Shown: positions 20,288 to 33,773, numbered from the stretch's first letter. The stretch: 64,000 nt of DNA from Candidatus Limnocylindrales bacterium (GCA_050014975.1 JBEKCH010000007.1:3785-67784); one strand, 5' to 3'. Translations and numbers: made by a program. Notes: generated from the sequence alone by a model not told the origin.

Positions 20288-23170
20288 ATGTTCGACCGAC
20301 TCGGCCGGCTCGTGCTCAGACTCCGCTTCGTCCTCGTCGCAGTCTGGGTGGTGGCCGCGATCGCCTTCGGGATCCTCGGCCCGTCCCTGGCCCAGGTCGG
20401 TTCTGCCGACGAGACCAGCTTCCTGCCCAAGAACGCCGAGTCCATGGCCGCCCGCAGCGTCATCGCGCAAGCCTTCCCGAACACGGCGGCACCTTCTTCG
20501 GCGCTCATCGTCTTCTCCCGGGCGGGTGGCCTGACCGAAGCGGACCGGGCCGCCATCGAATCCCTGGGGAGCTGGTTCGAAGGCCCGTATCGCCCGGCGG
20601 CCGTCCTGCGCTACGTCACGGCAGAGGGCACTCCCAGCCTGGCCTCGATGTTCCAGAGCAAGGATGGCGTGGTCGAGCTGGCCGAGGTGGATTTCGATTC
20701 GCCCGCGTTCCTGCCCCAGACCAACGCGGCGGTCGACGCCGTTCGGGCGCATCTCGCGGCGCCGGGCGTGCTGCCGGCCGGGCTCGTGGCCCAGGTGAGC
20801 GGCCAGGCCGGGATCGGCGACGACTACCTGGCCGCCATCCAGCAGGGTACGGATCGGACGACCCTGGTCACGATCCTGCTGGTCGTCATCGTCCTGCTGC
20901 TCATCTACCGCGCGCCGCTGGCGGCCCTGGTGCCGCTGGCCACGATCGGCTGCGCCTTCCTGGTCTCGCGCGGCCTCCTGGGTTTCCTGGCCCAGGGCGG
21001 CTGGAAGCTCTCCTCCGTTCTCGACTCGTTCATCGTCGTGCTCGTCTTCGGCGTCGGCACGGACTACACGATCTTCCTGATATCCCGATTCAGGGAGGAA
21101 CTGGCTCGCAACAGCCGTGCCGACGCGGTTCGTGTGACCGTGAGCCGAATAGGCGCGGTCATCGCCGCCTCGGCGGCGACCGTCATCGTCGGGCTGAGCT
21201 CCATGATCGTCGCCAGCTTCGGCATGATCCAGACGACCGGCCCGGCCCTGGCCCTGACGATCTTCATCACGCTGATGGCCGGCCTGACCCTCACGCCATC
21301 GTTGCTGGCGATCTTCGGGCGGCGGCTCTTCTGGCCGCTCCACGAGCAGACCCGAAACGCCGGATCGGACGGGCACGGCTTCTGGGCGGCGCTGGCCCGG
21401 CGGATCACCAGCCGACCGGGGTTGCTGGCGGGGCTCGTCCTGATCGGGTTGGGCGCGCCGCTGCTGGCCTTGCCACAGCTCAAGCAGAACTTCGATGTGC
21501 TGCAGGAGCTGCCCAGCAGCGCCGAATCCCGCGTCGGCTTCCAGATTCTGAGCCAGCACCTGCCCGAAGGCCAGCTCATGCCGATCAACGTCCTGGTCGA
21601 AGTTCCGGGTGGGGATCTGGCCGGTCCCGCGGCGCTGACCCGTATCGGACAGCTGGAGCAGTCGATCGCCGCGCTGCCGAACGTGGAGTCGGTCAGCAGC
21701 GTCGTCGACCCGACGGGCGAGGGCAAGGTCTCCGACACGGCGAGGCCCGCGATTGAGCTCGCCTCAATGGCCCAGGGGTTCTCGGAGCCGCCGAGCACGG
21801 ACCTCAACGTTCAGTTGAGCGACTCCTCTCTGGCGGGGGTCACTTCCACGGTCTCGTACGTCGGCGGGCTGGACAAGGCCTATCCGAAGGTGGCGGGCGC
21901 CACCCTGAGCGCCGCCGAGGCGGACCTGGCGGTGCTCCAGGAGGGGATGGTGGACGCGCGGCAACAGGCCAACGTGGCCGACCAGCTCGGCGCCATCGTC
22001 GACCAGCTGCAGGCCGCCGCCTCCACTGCCGCCTCGGGCTCGTCCGGCGACCTGGCCACCCAGCTGGCTCAGCTGAACACTTACCTGAACCAGCTTGGCG
22101 CGGCCGATCCCGACCTGACTTCGACCGACGCCTACAAGGCGGCCGTGGCCGCCATCCCGAAGCTCGCCGCAAGCCCGGACGCCGCTGCCTTCCTGGCGCT
22201 CCTCTCGGCCTTCCGCCAGATGCAGGCCTGGTTCGCTGCCCAGCCGACCGCCTTCTACTTCTTGCCGACGACCGCGTCGCCGACGGCCGAGCAGCTGGCC
22301 GCCCGCCAGGCGATGGCCGGGGCCCGGGCCCGGCTTCCCGGGGAGCTGGACCAGCTGGCGGCGACATTCGGCCCCGGCGACCTGTACGCGCCGCCGGACC
22401 TGGCGGCGGCCTACGTCTCCAGCACCGGCAACGTGACCCGGCTGTACGTCACCACCGTCACCAACCCCTACGACACGAGGTCCTTCGATACGGTTCACTC
22501 GCTGCGGACGCTGTTGAGCAACCAGGAGGCCGGCTTCGGGCCGGGCGCGACGACATACGTAGGCGGCTCGACCGCGGAGTTCGCGGACGTCCAGACGACG
22601 ATCTCGTCCGACTTCCTGCGCGTCGCGGCGATCACCATCGCGGGCATCCTGCTGGTGCTGGTGCTGCTGCTACTCGCTCTGGCGGCTCCGATCTACCTGG
22701 TGCTGACGGTGCTCCTCTCGTACTCGGCCAGCCTGAGCCTCTCGGCTTTCCTGGTGCAGAACGTCTTCGGCCAGCCGGGGCTCAACTACTTCATCCCGCT
22801 CATGGTCTTCGTGCTGCTGGTCGCTCTCGGCTCGGACTACAACATCTTCCTGATGTCGCGGGTCCGCGAAGAGAGCGCCACGCGGCCGCTGCGCGAGGGC
22901 ATTCGGATTGCCTCGGCGCGGACCGGGACGGTCATCACCTCGGCAGGCCTGATCCTGGCAGGGACGTTCGGCACGCTGATCACGTCGCCGCTCCAGCTGC
23001 TCTTCCAGGTCGGGCTGGCCGTTGGCCTGGGCGTGTTGATCGACACCTTCATCGTCCGCAGCCTCCTGGTGCCGGCCATAACGGCCTTCGTCGGGGAGTG
23101 GGCCTGGTGGCCTTTCCACCGCCGTCGCGGGCCGATCCAGGCGACCGAAGCGCCTCCGCCCGAGTCCTGA
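20288..23170 (+). CDS. MMPL/RND-superfamily membrane transporter
   Basis: Has duplicated halves, each ending in FGVGTDYTIFLISRFREE / LGSDYNIFLMSRVREE. There are many hydrophobic spans. An AGGTGAGG Shine-Dalgarno-like element precedes the ATG at 20288. Confidence 0.8.
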   Translation: MFDRLGRLVLRLRFVLVAVWVVAAIAFGILGPSLAQVGSADETSFLPKNAESMAARSVIAQAFPNTAAPSSALIVFSRAGGLTEADRAAIESLGSWFEGPYRPAAVLRYVTAEGTPSLASMFQSKDGVVELAEVDFDSPAFLPQTNAAVDAVRAHLAAPGVLPAGLVAQVSGQAGIGDDYLAAIQQGTDRTTLVTILLVVIVLLLIYRAPLAALVPLATIGCAFLVSRGLLGFLAQGGWKLSSVLDSFIVVLVFGVGTDYTIFLISRFREELARNSRADAVRVTVSRIGAVIAASAATVIVGLSSMIVASFGMIQTTGPALALTIFITLMAGLTLTPSLLAIFGRRLFWPLHEQTRNAGSDGHGFWAALARRITSRPGLLAGLVLIGLGAPLLALPQLKQNFDVLQELPSSAESRVGFQILSQHLPEGQLMPINVLVEVPGGDLAGPAALTRIGQLEQSIAALPNVESVSSVVDPTGEGKVSDTARPAIELASMAQGFSEPPSTDLNVQLSDSSLAGVTSTVSYVGGLDKAYPKVAGATLSAAEADLAVLQEGMVDARQQANVADQLGAIVDQLQAAASTAASGSSGDLATQLAQLNTYLNQLGAADPDLTSTDAYKAAVAAIPKLAASPDAAAFLALLSAFRQMQAWFAAQPTAFYFLPTTASPTAEQLAARQAMAGARARLPGELDQLAATFGPGDLYAPPDLAAAYVSSTGNVTRLYVTTVTNPYDTRSFDTVHSLRTLLSNQEAGFGPGATTYVGGSTAEFADVQTTISSDFLRVAAITIAGILLVLVLLLLALAAPIYLVLTVLLSYSASLSLSAFLVQNVFGQPGLNYFIPLMVFVLLVALGSDYNIFLMSRVREESATRPLREGIRIASARTGTVITSAGLILAGTFGTLITSPLQLLFQVGLAVGLGVLIDTFIVRSLLVPAITAFVGEWAWWPFHRRRGPIQATEAPPPES

Positions 23171-23381
23171 GATATGGACGGGTCCCCTCCGCCCGGGCGG
23201 TTCCCCGCGGCGCGTGGCGCAACGACAGGCTCCAGCGGTGGCCCCGGCGGGCGATACCTCCGGTACCATCGTCCCACGGTCCCGGGACTGGCGCCCGGGG
23301 ACACGGGTTGACCGCTGCTGCTACACTCGCCGGACACCGCTGGATCATGAGCCGGTGTAATCGTCGTTACGGAGAACCAGG

Positions 23382-23588
23382 TTGGGTCTGTTCAACAGCA
23401 GGAACCGCCGCCATGTCGCCATCCTGATCAGGACGGACGGTCGTCGCGTGCAGGTGCCTGCCGACAACCTCGGCCTGGTCGACGTCTCCCTCCTCGGCCT
23501 ACTTCGCTCGCTCGAGCTTGGTATTGAGCGCGTATTCGTACTCATTACCGGCTCCCGGCGGGAGGCTGGACGCAGGGACAAGCGCTGA
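23382..23588 (+). promoter_or_regulatory. candidate ilv leader ORF rich in Leu/Val/Ile codons
   Basis: GGAG lies 7 nt upstream of the TTG at 23382. Codons 23469-23546 encode 15 Leu/Val/Ile out of 26. Seven of these Leu/Val/Ile codons are A/T-ending (cta ctt ctt att gta gta att), which are otherwise scarce in this DNA. Confidence 0.45.
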
Positions 23589-23613
23589 CGACGCAAGCCC
23601 AGAACGACCAGGA

Positions 23614-23640
23614 CCCTCGCCGGAAGGCGAGGGTTTTTTG
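23614..23640 (+). terminator. intrinsic terminator / attenuator hairpin upstream of ilvB
   Basis: Stem ccctcgcc, loop ggaa, stem ggcgaggg, followed by tttttt. It lies 25 nt after the leader ORF stop and about 80 nt before the ilvB start. Confidence 0.7.
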
Positions 23641-23718
23641 ATGGTCCGGCGACACACGAGATGAAAGAGTCGGGAGCCGGGCACCCGAATCGGGGCAGTG
23701 GAAAGGAAGGGCGAAGCG

Positions 23719-25680
23719 ATGGGGACCACGGACGACGGACCGGGCCGTACGCCGACGGCGACATCGGGCCAGACACGGGGGCCGGCCCCGGGAGCCGGCA
23801 CGGCAGGGGCCGGCATGGCCCAAGCGTCCAGCGCTGAGCGCCGGCGCATCGATCACACGCCGGGCGCGGGCAGCCCGAGCGCCGAGGCGATCTCGGCCGG
23901 CCGGCGCGAGATGCTAACCGACACGCGCCGCCTCCAGATCAAGAGCCTGGCCGAGCGACGGGCCAAACGGCCCCGCATCGGCGCGGATGCGGTCTGCGAG
24001 GCCCTGATACGCCAGGGCGTGGAAGTCTTCTTCGGGTACCCGGGCGGCGTCGTCCTGCCCTTCTACGACGTCCTGGGCGACTACCCGGAGCTGCGCCACA
24101 TCCTCGTCCGCCACGAGCAGGGCGGCGCCCACGCAGCCGAGGGTTACGCCCGCGCCACCGGCAGGGTGGGGGTCTGCCTTGCCACCTCCGGCCCCGGCGC
24201 CACGAACCTGGTCACGGGCATCGGCAACGCCATGCTGGACTCCATCCCGATCGTGGCCATCACCGGCAATGTCGTCGGCTCGCTGCTCGGCAAAGACGCC
24301 TTCCAGGAGATCGACATCACGGGCATCACGCTGCCCTGCACCAAGCACAACTACCTGGTCCGGGACCCCGACGACATCCCGCGCGTCTTCGCCGAGGCCT
24401 TCCACATCGCTCGCACCGGCCGTCCGGGCCCCGTTCACATCGACCTGACCAAGGATGCCCTGATGGGCGCGTGCCTGGCCGAGCACCCGGATAGCGTCGA
24501 TCTGCCCGGCTTCAAGCCCACCTTCGAAGGCCATCCCCGCCAGATCAAGCTGGCGGCCCAGGAGATCGCGAAGGCCGAGCGGCCGGTCATCCTGGCCGGC
24601 CACGGCGTCCTGATCGCCGACGCCACCGAGGAGCTGCGCGAGCTGGCTGAGAAGGCCCAGATCCCCGTCGCGCACACGCTCCTGGGCATCAGCGCCATGG
24701 ACGAGACGAACCCGCTCAGCCTGGGCTTCGTGGGCATGCACGGCTGGAAGCACGCCAACAAGGCGATCCAGTCGTCGGATCTCCTCATCGCCCTGGGGAT
24801 GCGCTTCGACGACCGGGTGACCGGTCACGTGCCCACCTTCGCGCCCTACGCCCGGATCATCCATGTCGACATAGACCCGGCCGAGATCGGCAAGAACGTC
24901 GCCGTCGAGATCCCGATCGTGGGCGACGTCAAGCGCGTCCTGCGGGCCCTCATCCCGCAGGTCGAGGCCGTGGCTCCGGAGCGGCGCGCGGCCTACCTGG
25001 CGGAGATCGCCGGCTGGCGGGCCGAGTCGGAGAAGACGCCGTGGCACGGCTCGGGGGCGTGGCGCAACGGCCAGCTCTCGGCCGACTTCGTGGTCAGTCG
25101 CATCGGCGAGGCGACGGGCCACGACGCGACCCTGGTTGCCGACGTGGGCCAGAACCAGATGTGGACCGCCCGCTACGGCGGCTTCCGCCGGCCGAACAGC
25201 CACATCAGCTCCGGCGGCCTCGGGACCATGGGTTACGGCCTGCCGGCAGCCATGGGCGCGGCCGTCGGCCGGCCGGACAAGGAGACGTGGGCGATCGTCG
25301 GCGACGGCGGTCTGCAGATGACCGTCCAGGAGCTGATGACCCTCGTCCAGGAACACATCCCGCTTCGGATCGCGCTGCTGAACAACCACAAGCTGGGCAT
25401 GGTCCGGCAGTGGCAGGAGCTCGTCTACGCCGGCAACTACCACTCATCACACCTGCTCGGCCCCAACTGGTGCAAGCTGGCGGAGGCCTATGGCGTCGCC
25501 GCCTTCCGTGCCGATCAGCCGGGCCAGGTCGACGCCGCCATCGCGTCGGCCCGGGCCGTGGACGGCCCGGCGCTGATCGAGTTCTGTATCGCCGAGGAGC
25601 AGAACGTCTTCCCGATGATGCCGGCCGGCAAGGGCCTGTCGGATCTGCTCGAGGAACAGTTCGAGGAGCCAAACCAATGA
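23719..25680 (+). CDS. ilvB: acetolactate synthase large subunit
   Basis: Has [44 protein letters not shown] and [15 protein letters not shown]...GDGGLQM (the TPP motif). The ATG at 23719 follows GAAAGGAAGG. The start is uncertain within the 660-aa ORF. Confidence 0.9.
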   Translation: MGTTDDGPGRTPTATSGQTRGPAPGAGTAGAGMAQASSAERRRIDHTPGAGSPSAEAISAGRREMLTDTRRLQIKSLAERRAKRPRIGADAVCEALIRQGVEVFFGYPGGVVLPFYDVLGDYPELRHILVRHEQGGAHAAEGYARATGRVGVCLATSGPGATNLVTGIGNAMLDSIPIVAITGNVVGSLLGKDAFQEIDITGITLPCTKHNYLVRDPDDIPRVFAEAFHIARTGRPGPVHIDLTKDALMGACLAEHPDSVDLPGFKPTFEGHPRQIKLAAQEIAKAERPVILAGHGVLIADATEELRELAEKAQIPVAHTLLGISAMDETNPLSLGFVGMHGWKHANKAIQSSDLLIALGMRFDDRVTGHVPTFAPYARIIHVDIDPAEIGKNVAVEIPIVGDVKRVLRALIPQVEAVAPERRAAYLAEIAGWRAESEKTPWHGSGAWRNGQLSADFVVSRIGEATGHDATLVADVGQNQMWTARYGGFRRPNSHISSGGLGTMGYGLPAAMGAAVGRPDKETWAIVGDGGLQMTVQELMTLVQEHIPLRIALLNNHKLGMVRQWQELVYAGNYHSSHLLGPNWCKLAEAYGVAAFRADQPGQVDAAIASARAVDGPALIEFCIAEEQNVFPMMPAGKGLSDLLEEQFEEPNQ

Positions 25681-26285
25681 GCCCCACCGGTTCGACCCCC
25701 GGCGGCAGCGCCGATCCGGCCCACCCGGCGCCGGTCCACACCGCTCCGCCCGCCCGGGCCCTGCCCGGCAACGGCCAGACGCATCGTCACGTTCTGGTGA
25801 CCATCGTCCTGAACAAGCCCGGCGTCCTGAACCGCGTCGCCAGCCTGATGCGGGCGCGCAACTTCAACATCGAGACCCTGGCGGTCAGCCACACCGACCA
25901 GCCGGAGGTCAGCCGCATGACGATCACGCTGCGCGGAGACGACGTGGCGGTCGAGCAGGCGGCCAAGCAGCTCTATCGGCTCATCGACGTGCTCAAGGTC
26001 CAGGACGTCACCAGCGAGCCCACGGTCGAGCACGAAATCGCGCTGATCAAGGTCCGGGCCGACGACCGCAATCGCGGCGAGGTGCTGACCATCGCAGATA
26101 TGTACAAGGCCAAAGTCGTGGACCTGGCGACCGAGTCGCTGATCGTGGAGGCGACCGGTACCGAGGCCGAGGTGGACGCGCTCATCGCGCTCCTTCGCGG
26201 ATTCGGGATCAAGGAGCTCGTCCGCTCGGGTACCGTCGTCATGTCCCGGGGTGCCGGGTCGATCGAGGAGGCAGTCAAGCGATGA
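25677..26285 (+). CDS. ilvN: acetolactate synthase small (regulatory) subunit
   Basis: Has an ACT domain, [33 protein letters not shown]. The ATG overlaps the ilvB stop (ATGA). Confidence 0.85.
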   Translation: MSPTGSTPGGSADPAHPAPVHTAPPARALPGNGQTHRHVLVTIVLNKPGVLNRVASLMRARNFNIETLAVSHTDQPEVSRMTITLRGDDVAVEQAAKQLYRLIDVLKVQDVTSEPTVEHEIALIKVRADDRNRGEVLTIADMYKAKVVDLATESLIVEATGTEAEVDALIALLRGFGIKELVRSGTVVMSRGAGSIEEAVKR

Positions 26286-27325
26286 CCGCACGCATGTACT
26301 ACGACAACGACGCCGATCCCAGGGCCCTGGCCGGCCAGAAGATCGCCATCATCGGCTACGGCAGCCAGGGCCACGCCCACGCCCAGAACCTTAGTGATTC
26401 CGGCTTCGACGTCGTAGTCGGCCTGCCGCCCACCTCCAAGAGTCGAGCCCTCGTCGAGGAGGCCGGACTCGAGGTCGCGAGCATCGAGGCTGCCGTCAAG
26501 GCCGCCGACGTGATCATGATCCTGGTCCCGGACACCATCCAGAAGAAGGTATACGAAACCTCGATCCAGCCGAACATGCACGCCGGCCAGCTGCTCATGT
26601 TCGCCCACGGCTTCAACATCCGGTTCGACCGGATCCGGCCAGGCGAGGGGATCGACGTGGGCATGGTCGCCCCCAAGGGCCCCGGCCACCTCGTCCGCTC
26701 CGTCTTCGAGCAGGGCGGCGGCGTGCCGGCCCTCTTCGCCGTCGAGAAGGACGCCACCGGCACCGCTCGCGCCCGCGTGCTCGCCTACGCGCGTGGCATC
26801 GGCGCGACGCGCGCCGGCGTGCTCGAGACCACCTTCAAGGAAGAGACCGAGACCGATCTCTTCGGCGAGCAGGTGGTTCTGTGCGGCGGGGTCACCAGCC
26901 TGATCAAGGCCGGCTTCGAGACACTGGTCGAGGCGGGCTACCAGCCGGAGCTGGCCTACTTCGAGGTCATGCACGAGCTGAAGCTGATCGTGGACCTGAT
27001 GTACCGCGGCGGCATGAACTTCATGCGCTTCTCGGTCAGCGACACGGCCGAGTACGGCGACTACGTCTCCGGCCCGCGGATCATCGACGCCCGCGTTCGC
27101 GAGGAGATGCGCAAGGTCCTGCACGAGATCCAGGACGGCAGCTTCGCGGCCCGCTGGGTCGCCGAGAACGAGGCCGGCCTGCCCGAGTTCAAGAAGATGC
27201 GCGAGGCCGGTCGCGACCACCAGGTCGAGCAAGTCGGCGCCCGGCTCCGCAAGGCCATGCCGTTCCTCAACCCGGTGGAAGTCGTCGACGGCCAGCCGCA
27301 GGCGGCCGCAAGGTCAAAGGACTGA
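26282..27325 (+). CDS. ilvC: ketol-acid reductoisomerase
   Basis: Has [21 protein letters not shown] and conserved C-terminal knotted-domain motifs. Confidence 0.9.
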   Translation: MTARMYYDNDADPRALAGQKIAIIGYGSQGHAHAQNLSDSGFDVVVGLPPTSKSRALVEEAGLEVASIEAAVKAADVIMILVPDTIQKKVYETSIQPNMHAGQLLMFAHGFNIRFDRIRPGEGIDVGMVAPKGPGHLVRSVFEQGGGVPALFAVEKDATGTARARVLAYARGIGATRAGVLETTFKEETETDLFGEQVVLCGGVTSLIKAGFETLVEAGYQPELAYFEVMHELKLIVDLMYRGGMNFMRFSVSDTAEYGDYVSGPRIIDARVREEMRKVLHEIQDGSFAARWVAENEAGLPEFKKMREAGRDHQVEQVGARLRKAMPFLNPVEVVDGQPQAAARSKD

Positions 27326-27346
27326 TCGCCCCCGGAGGGTATTTCG

Positions 27347-29005
27347 ATGAGCGAGATCGCACCCGCCAACGTACCCGGCCGGGGTGTAGCCCCGGGTTCC
27401 GTCCGCATCTTCGACACGACGCTGCGCGACGGTGAGCAGGCTCCCGGGGCCGGGCTCACCGTCGCCGAGAAGGTCGAGGTCGCCCGTCAGCTCGTCCGTC
27501 TCAACGTGGACGTCATCGAGGCCGGCTTCCCGGCCAGCTCCCCGGGCGAGTTCGAGGCAGTCCAGCAGATCGCCCGGGAGACGAAGGGCGTGGCCGTGGC
27601 CGGCCTGGCCCGCTGCAAGGACGGCGATCCGCAGCGCGCCGTCGAGGCTCTCCGAGTGGCCGAGCGGCCGCATCTCCACGTCTTCATCGCCAGCAGCGAC
27701 ATCCACCTGAAGCACAAGCTGCGCATCTCCCGAGACGAGGCCCTGCTGGCCGCGGCGAAATGGGTGGCCTACGGGCGCAAGGCCCTCGGGCCGGACGCCG
27801 AGATCGAGTTCAGCGCCGAGGACGCGACGCGCACCGACCTCGATTTCCTGATGAAGATCTACGAGGCGGCGGTCGACGCCGGCGCGAGCACGCTCAACAT
27901 CCCCGACACCGTTGGCTACGCCATCCCGGCCGAGTTCGGGCAGCTGGTGAGCCGGGTCGTCGATCGCTTCGGTTCCGCCGCCACCATCTCCGTCCACTGC
28001 CACAACGACCTGGGGTTGGCCACGTCCAACACGCTGGCGGCGCTGCAGCACGGCGCCCGTCAGCTGGAGGTCTGCGTCAACGGCTTGGGCGAGCGAGCCG
28101 GCAACGCCTCGCTCGAAGAGGTCGTGATGGGCATCAAGACCCGTCCCACGCAGTTCCCGAACCTGGCGAGCCGCGTGGTCACGGAGCAGCTCACGCCGGC
28201 CAGCCGGCTGGTCAGCTATCTGACCGGCTTCACCGTCCAGCCGAACAAGGCGATAGTCGGCGGCAATGCCTTCGCTCACGAGTCCGGCATCCACCAGGAC
28301 GGCGTCATCAAGAACCCGCTGACCTACGAGATCATGACCCCGCAGTCGGTCGGGCTGTCCGGCAGCCAGCTGACCATCGGCAAGCTGTCGGGGCGGCGCG
28401 GCCTGCGCGAGAAGCTGCGCTCGCTCGGCCACGACATCGAGGGTGAGGCACTGGACGCGGTCTACGCCCAGGTCATCGCCCTGGCCGACGCCAAGAAGGA
28501 GGTTACCGACGGCGATCTCCTGGCCATCGTCGAGCAGAGCGCCACCGCGGCGCCGGACACGATCTGCCTGCAGGGCTGGAGCGTGACGAGCTCCCACGGC
28601 GGCCGGGCCATGGGGATGATCTCCCTGTCCGTGCTCGACCAGCCGCGCTCGATCGAAGCCACCGGCAACGGTCCGGTCGACGCGCTCTACGGCGCCATCG
28701 ACCAGGCGCTCGAGTCGGTGCTCGGCTGGAAGCCCATCCTCGACGAGTACCAGATCAGGGCCGTCTCGGCCGGCGAGGACGCCCAGGGCCAGGTCGTGGT
28801 CCGCGTCCATCGCTCCACCGGGGCGGGCGGCGACGCCTTCGTGGCCACCGGCCACGGCCTGTCCACCAACATCATCGAGGCCTCCGTGGCCGCCTACCTG
28901 TCCGGGGCCGAGAAGCTCCAGCAGGAAGCCGTGGCGCGCCAGGCGATGCTCGAAGAGGCTCGCGCCTCCGGCCACGCCCCCGAGAGAGTGGAGAAGCTCC
29001 CGTGA
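27347..29005 (+). CDS. leuA: 2-isopropylmalate synthase
   Basis: Has [44 protein letters not shown] and a C-terminal LeuA-dimer-like regulatory domain. Confidence 0.85.
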   Translation: MSEIAPANVPGRGVAPGSVRIFDTTLRDGEQAPGAGLTVAEKVEVARQLVRLNVDVIEAGFPASSPGEFEAVQQIARETKGVAVAGLARCKDGDPQRAVEALRVAERPHLHVFIASSDIHLKHKLRISRDEALLAAAKWVAYGRKALGPDAEIEFSAEDATRTDLDFLMKIYEAAVDAGASTLNIPDTVGYAIPAEFGQLVSRVVDRFGSAATISVHCHNDLGLATSNTLAALQHGARQLEVCVNGLGERAGNASLEEVVMGIKTRPTQFPNLASRVVTEQLTPASRLVSYLTGFTVQPNKAIVGGNAFAHESGIHQDGVIKNPLTYEIMTPQSVGLSGSQLTIGKLSGRRGLREKLRSLGHDIEGEALDAVYAQVIALADAKKEVTDGDLLAIVEQSATAAPDTICLQGWSVTSSHGGRAMGMISLSVLDQPRSIEATGNGPVDALYGAIDQALESVLGWKPILDEYQIRAVSAGEDAQGQVVVRVHRSTGAGGDAFVATGHGLSTNIIEASVAAYLSGAEKLQQEAVARQAMLEEARASGHAPERVEKLP

Positions 29006-30167
29006 CGGCGCCGGCGCCAGCCTACCGCCTCGTCGTCGTTCCCGGCGATGGGATCGGCCCCGAGGTGATCGCGGGCGGCCGGCGCGTCCTCGAGGCCGCC
29101 GGCCGGCTCTTCGGTTTCCGCTTCGAGTGGCACGAGGTGCTGATCGGCGGCGTCGCCATCGACGCCTACGGCGTACCGATGCGCGACCAGGACCTGGCCG
29201 CCTGCGCCACCGCGGACGCCGTCTACTTCGGCGCGATCGGCGATCCGAAGTACGACGACCCCAGGGCCGGAGTCCGGCCCGAGCAGGCGCTCCTGGCGCT
29301 GCGCAAGGGCCTCGGCCTGTACGCCAACCTGCGGCCGGTCACGGTTCAGCCCGTGCTGCGCGGCAGCTCGCCGGTCCGCGAGTCGCTGCTCGAAGGCGTC
29401 GACATGCTGATCGTGCGCGAGCTCACCGGCGGGCTGTACTTCGGCCTGCCCTCCGAGCAGCGCGACACTCCGGCCGGCCGCGAGGTCGTGGACACGCTGA
29501 CCTACACCGAGGGCGAGATCCGCCGCGTCGTGAAGCTGGCCTTCGAGCTGGCCCGCAGTCGCCGCAGGAAGCTGACCAGCGTCGACAAGGCCAACGTGCT
29601 CTCGTCCAGCCGGCTGTGGCGGACGATCGTCGAGGAGACCAGGCCCGAGTACCCCGACGTCACGGTCGAGCACCGGCTGGTGGACGCCTGCGCGATGACG
29701 CTGATCCAGCGGCCCGCGGTCTTCGATGTCATCGTCACCGAGAACCTCTTCGGCGACATCCTTTCGGACGAGGCCAGCGTCCTGGCCGGTTCGTTGGGCA
29801 TGCTGCCGTCGGCCTCCATCGGCGAGCGGCGGACGGCGCACGGTCTCTACGGCCTGTACGAGCCGATCCACGGCTCCGCTCCCGACATCGCCGGCAGGGA
29901 CGTCGCCAATCCGCTGGCCGCGATCCTCTCCGGCGCGATGATGCTGCGCTGGTCGTTCGGCCAGGCGGCTGCCTCCGAGGCGATCGAAACGGCGGTCGCC
30001 GCGGCCCTGGCCGGCGGCTACCGGACGGCGGATCTCGTCGCCGCGACCGGCGAGCAGCCCGGGCAGAAGAAGGTGGGCACGCGGGCCATGGCCGATGCCG
30101 TCGTGGCGGCGCTCGAGGCGGGTGCCGCGGCAGCTGGCGCCGGCGCCGGAGCGAAGGCGGCCGCCCG

Positions 30168-30171
<4 letters not shown>
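29002..30171 (+). CDS. leuB: 3-isopropylmalate dehydrogenase
   Basis: Has the NLFGDILSDEASVLAGSLGMLPSAS motif and YEPIHGSAPDIAG. Confidence 0.9.
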
Positions 30172-31844
<1,673 letters not shown>

Positions 31845-31859
31845 CCGGCGGAGCGTTCG

Positions 31860-32756
31860 ATGGCATCGCCAGCATCCGGAGCTGGGTCCCGGCCGGATCA
31901 GCCCGCGGCCTCGCCGCGCGTCGCCTTTCAGGGAGAGCCCGGCGCCTTCAGCGAGGAGGGCGTCCTCTCGGTGTTCGCCTCGCCGGAGGCCGTGGCGATG
32001 CCGACGTGGCGGGCCGTCTTCGAGGCCGTCCACGAGGGATCGGTCGACGCCGGCGTCGTCCCGATCGAACGATCGGCCGGCGGCAGCGTGCGCGAGATCT
32101 ACGACCTGCTCTTCAAGTTCGACGAGGTCCGGATCGCGGCCGAGGTGACCGTGCCGGTTCGGCTGGCCCTGCTGGCCCTGCCGGGCCAGACGCTCGACCA
32201 GATCGAGCGGGTCTACAGCATCGCCCAGGCCCTGGACCAGGCCGAGGAGTTCCTGCGATCGCGGCCGTGGTCGGTGCTGACCAGCTACAACACCGCCGGC
32301 GCGGCCAAGTCCATCGCGGACAGGGCCGAGATGGGCGCGGCGGCCGTTGCCTCGGCCCGCGTGGCGCCGCTGTACGGCCTGGAGGTTCTGGCCGAGGACA
32401 TCCAGACCGGCGCCGCCAACCGGACCCGCTTCGCCGTCCTCACGCGCGATCCTTTACCTGATTCGTGGTTCGTACCGGCGACGCTGGCCGGGCCCATGAA
32501 AACGACGCTGGTCTGGGCGGTGCGCAACGTGCCCGGCAGCCTGTATCGCTGCCTGGGCTGCTTCGCCGAGCGCAGGATCAACCTGTCGCGCCTGGAGTCG
32601 CGGCCCAGCCGGGGCGTGCGCTGGGAGTACGTCTTCTGGGCGGACATGGACTCCGACCCCGGGGCTGCCGACTGCGCCGCGGCGCTGGCGGCGTTGCTGC
32701 GCGAGGCCGTGATGGTCCGGGTGGCGGGCGTCTACCACCGCGCCGCCGAGGAGTAG
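31860..32756 (+). CDS. pheA: prephenate dehydratase
   Basis: Has VAFQGEPGAFSEE, TRFAVL and the LSRLESRPS ACT-domain motif. Confidence 0.8.
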   Translation: MASPASGAGSRPDQPAASPRVAFQGEPGAFSEEGVLSVFASPEAVAMPTWRAVFEAVHEGSVDAGVVPIERSAGGSVREIYDLLFKFDEVRIAAEVTVPVRLALLALPGQTLDQIERVYSIAQALDQAEEFLRSRPWSVLTSYNTAGAAKSIADRAEMGAAAVASARVAPLYGLEVLAEDIQTGAANRTRFAVLTRDPLPDSWFVPATLAGPMKTTLVWAVRNVPGSLYRCLGCFAERRINLSRLESRPSRGVRWEYVFWADMDSDPGAADCAAALAALLREAVMVRVAGVYHRAAEE

Positions 32757-33217
32757 CGGTCGCGGAGCGACCAGCGCATTCCTGCGTTGGCTCCTGCGCG
32801 CCCCGCTCACGCACGAGCAGTGCAGGTGACGCCGTCTGACCTCTGACTGGGGCCATCGGCCGGCGAGTCGTACCACCGGGTAGTCGCGTTGAGGTATACG
32901 GGCGAGCTACCGGCCCCTGGACCCAAATCGTCGTTTCGGGCCCCACCCCCGGTACCCCTTAGGTCCCGGTGCACTCACGCCACTCCGCCGGGCCCGTCCT
33001 GGCGACCGCTTCCGCCGCAGGTCTCGTGCGCCGGACTGAGCACGGGTCGTATAGGTTTTGACACGCTGTGTAACTGAAGTACCGACCGCGATAGGCCTCT
33101 GGTATGGCAGCGACCCCGTAAGTTATGGGGTTTGATCTCGCCAACGCTCGGTTCCACGACTCGGGTTGTGGCACCGCGCTCAATCGCACAGGTCCTCATA
33201 AAACCAAGGGAGAAACA

Positions 33218-33700
33218 ATGCGGAAGCACTTCGGCAAACGGCGGATCGTTCCGTTCGCGATGGCCTTGCTGGCGCTCACTCTTTTCAGCGGCGTTGCCTT
33301 TGCATACTGGACCATGACCGGCGCCGGCACCGGCACCGCCTCCGCAGGCAACGTTTCGGCCCTGACGGTTGTCCAGACCACCGTCCTCAACCCGATGTAT
33401 CCCGGCGACAGCCCCCAGACGATCAGCGGCGACTTCAACAACCCGAACCCCGGCCCGGTCTACGTCACCAGCGTGACCGCCAGCATTGGCTCGGTCACCA
33501 AGGCCGGCGGCGCGCCTGCGGGCACCTGCGACGCCACCGACTTCACGCTGGCCAACGCCACCATGACGGTCGGCGCCGAAGTGCCGTCGGGCAACGCCAA
33601 GGGCGCCTGGACGGGGGCGACGATCCATTTCAACGACAAGAGCACCATCCAGGACGCCTGCAAGGGCGCAACGGTCAACCTCTCCTATTCGAGTAACTGA
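33218..33700 (+). CDS. secreted protein with an AYWT-type (SipW/TasA-like?) signal end; paralogue of the next gene
   Basis: AAGGGAG lies upstream of the ATG at 33218. The N-terminus is MRKHFGKRRIVPFAMALLALTLFSGVAFAYWTMTGAGTG. The C-terminal blocks NPNPGPVYVTSVTASI...C...QDACKG..V.LSYS are shared with ORF 33774..34415. Confidence 0.6.
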   Translation: MRKHFGKRRIVPFAMALLALTLFSGVAFAYWTMTGAGTGTASAGNVSALTVVQTTVLNPMYPGDSPQTISGDFNNPNPGPVYVTSVTASIGSVTKAGGAPAGTCDATDFTLANATMTVGAEVPSGNAKGAWTGATIHFNDKSTIQDACKGATVNLSYSSN

Positions 33701-33773
33701 GACGGCGTAGAGGGGCGGCCCCCAACGGGGCCGCACCCCACAGACCGTCACCTACGCAAGAGATCGCGAGGAC

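Noticed and set aside
23347-23427. A 26-codon ATG-initiated ORF (MSRCNRRYGEPGWVCSTAGTAAMSPS) as the ilv leader peptide.
   Set aside because: It contains a single Leu/Ile/Val codon (one Val), so it cannot sense branched-chain amino acid supply. It also ends about 190 nt before the terminator.
23171-23718. T-box leader upstream of ilvB.
   Set aside because: No T-box consensus (AGGGTGGTACCGCG-like) or specifier-loop architecture was found. The leader-ORF plus terminator explanation fits better.
33113-33131. A 7-bp hairpin (accccgt/atggggt) followed by ttg, upstream of the secreted-protein cluster, as an attenuator or riboswitch terminator.
   Set aside because: The stem is weak, with a G-U pair and a very short U tract. 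No conserved aptamer-like sequence was recognised in the 460-nt leader.
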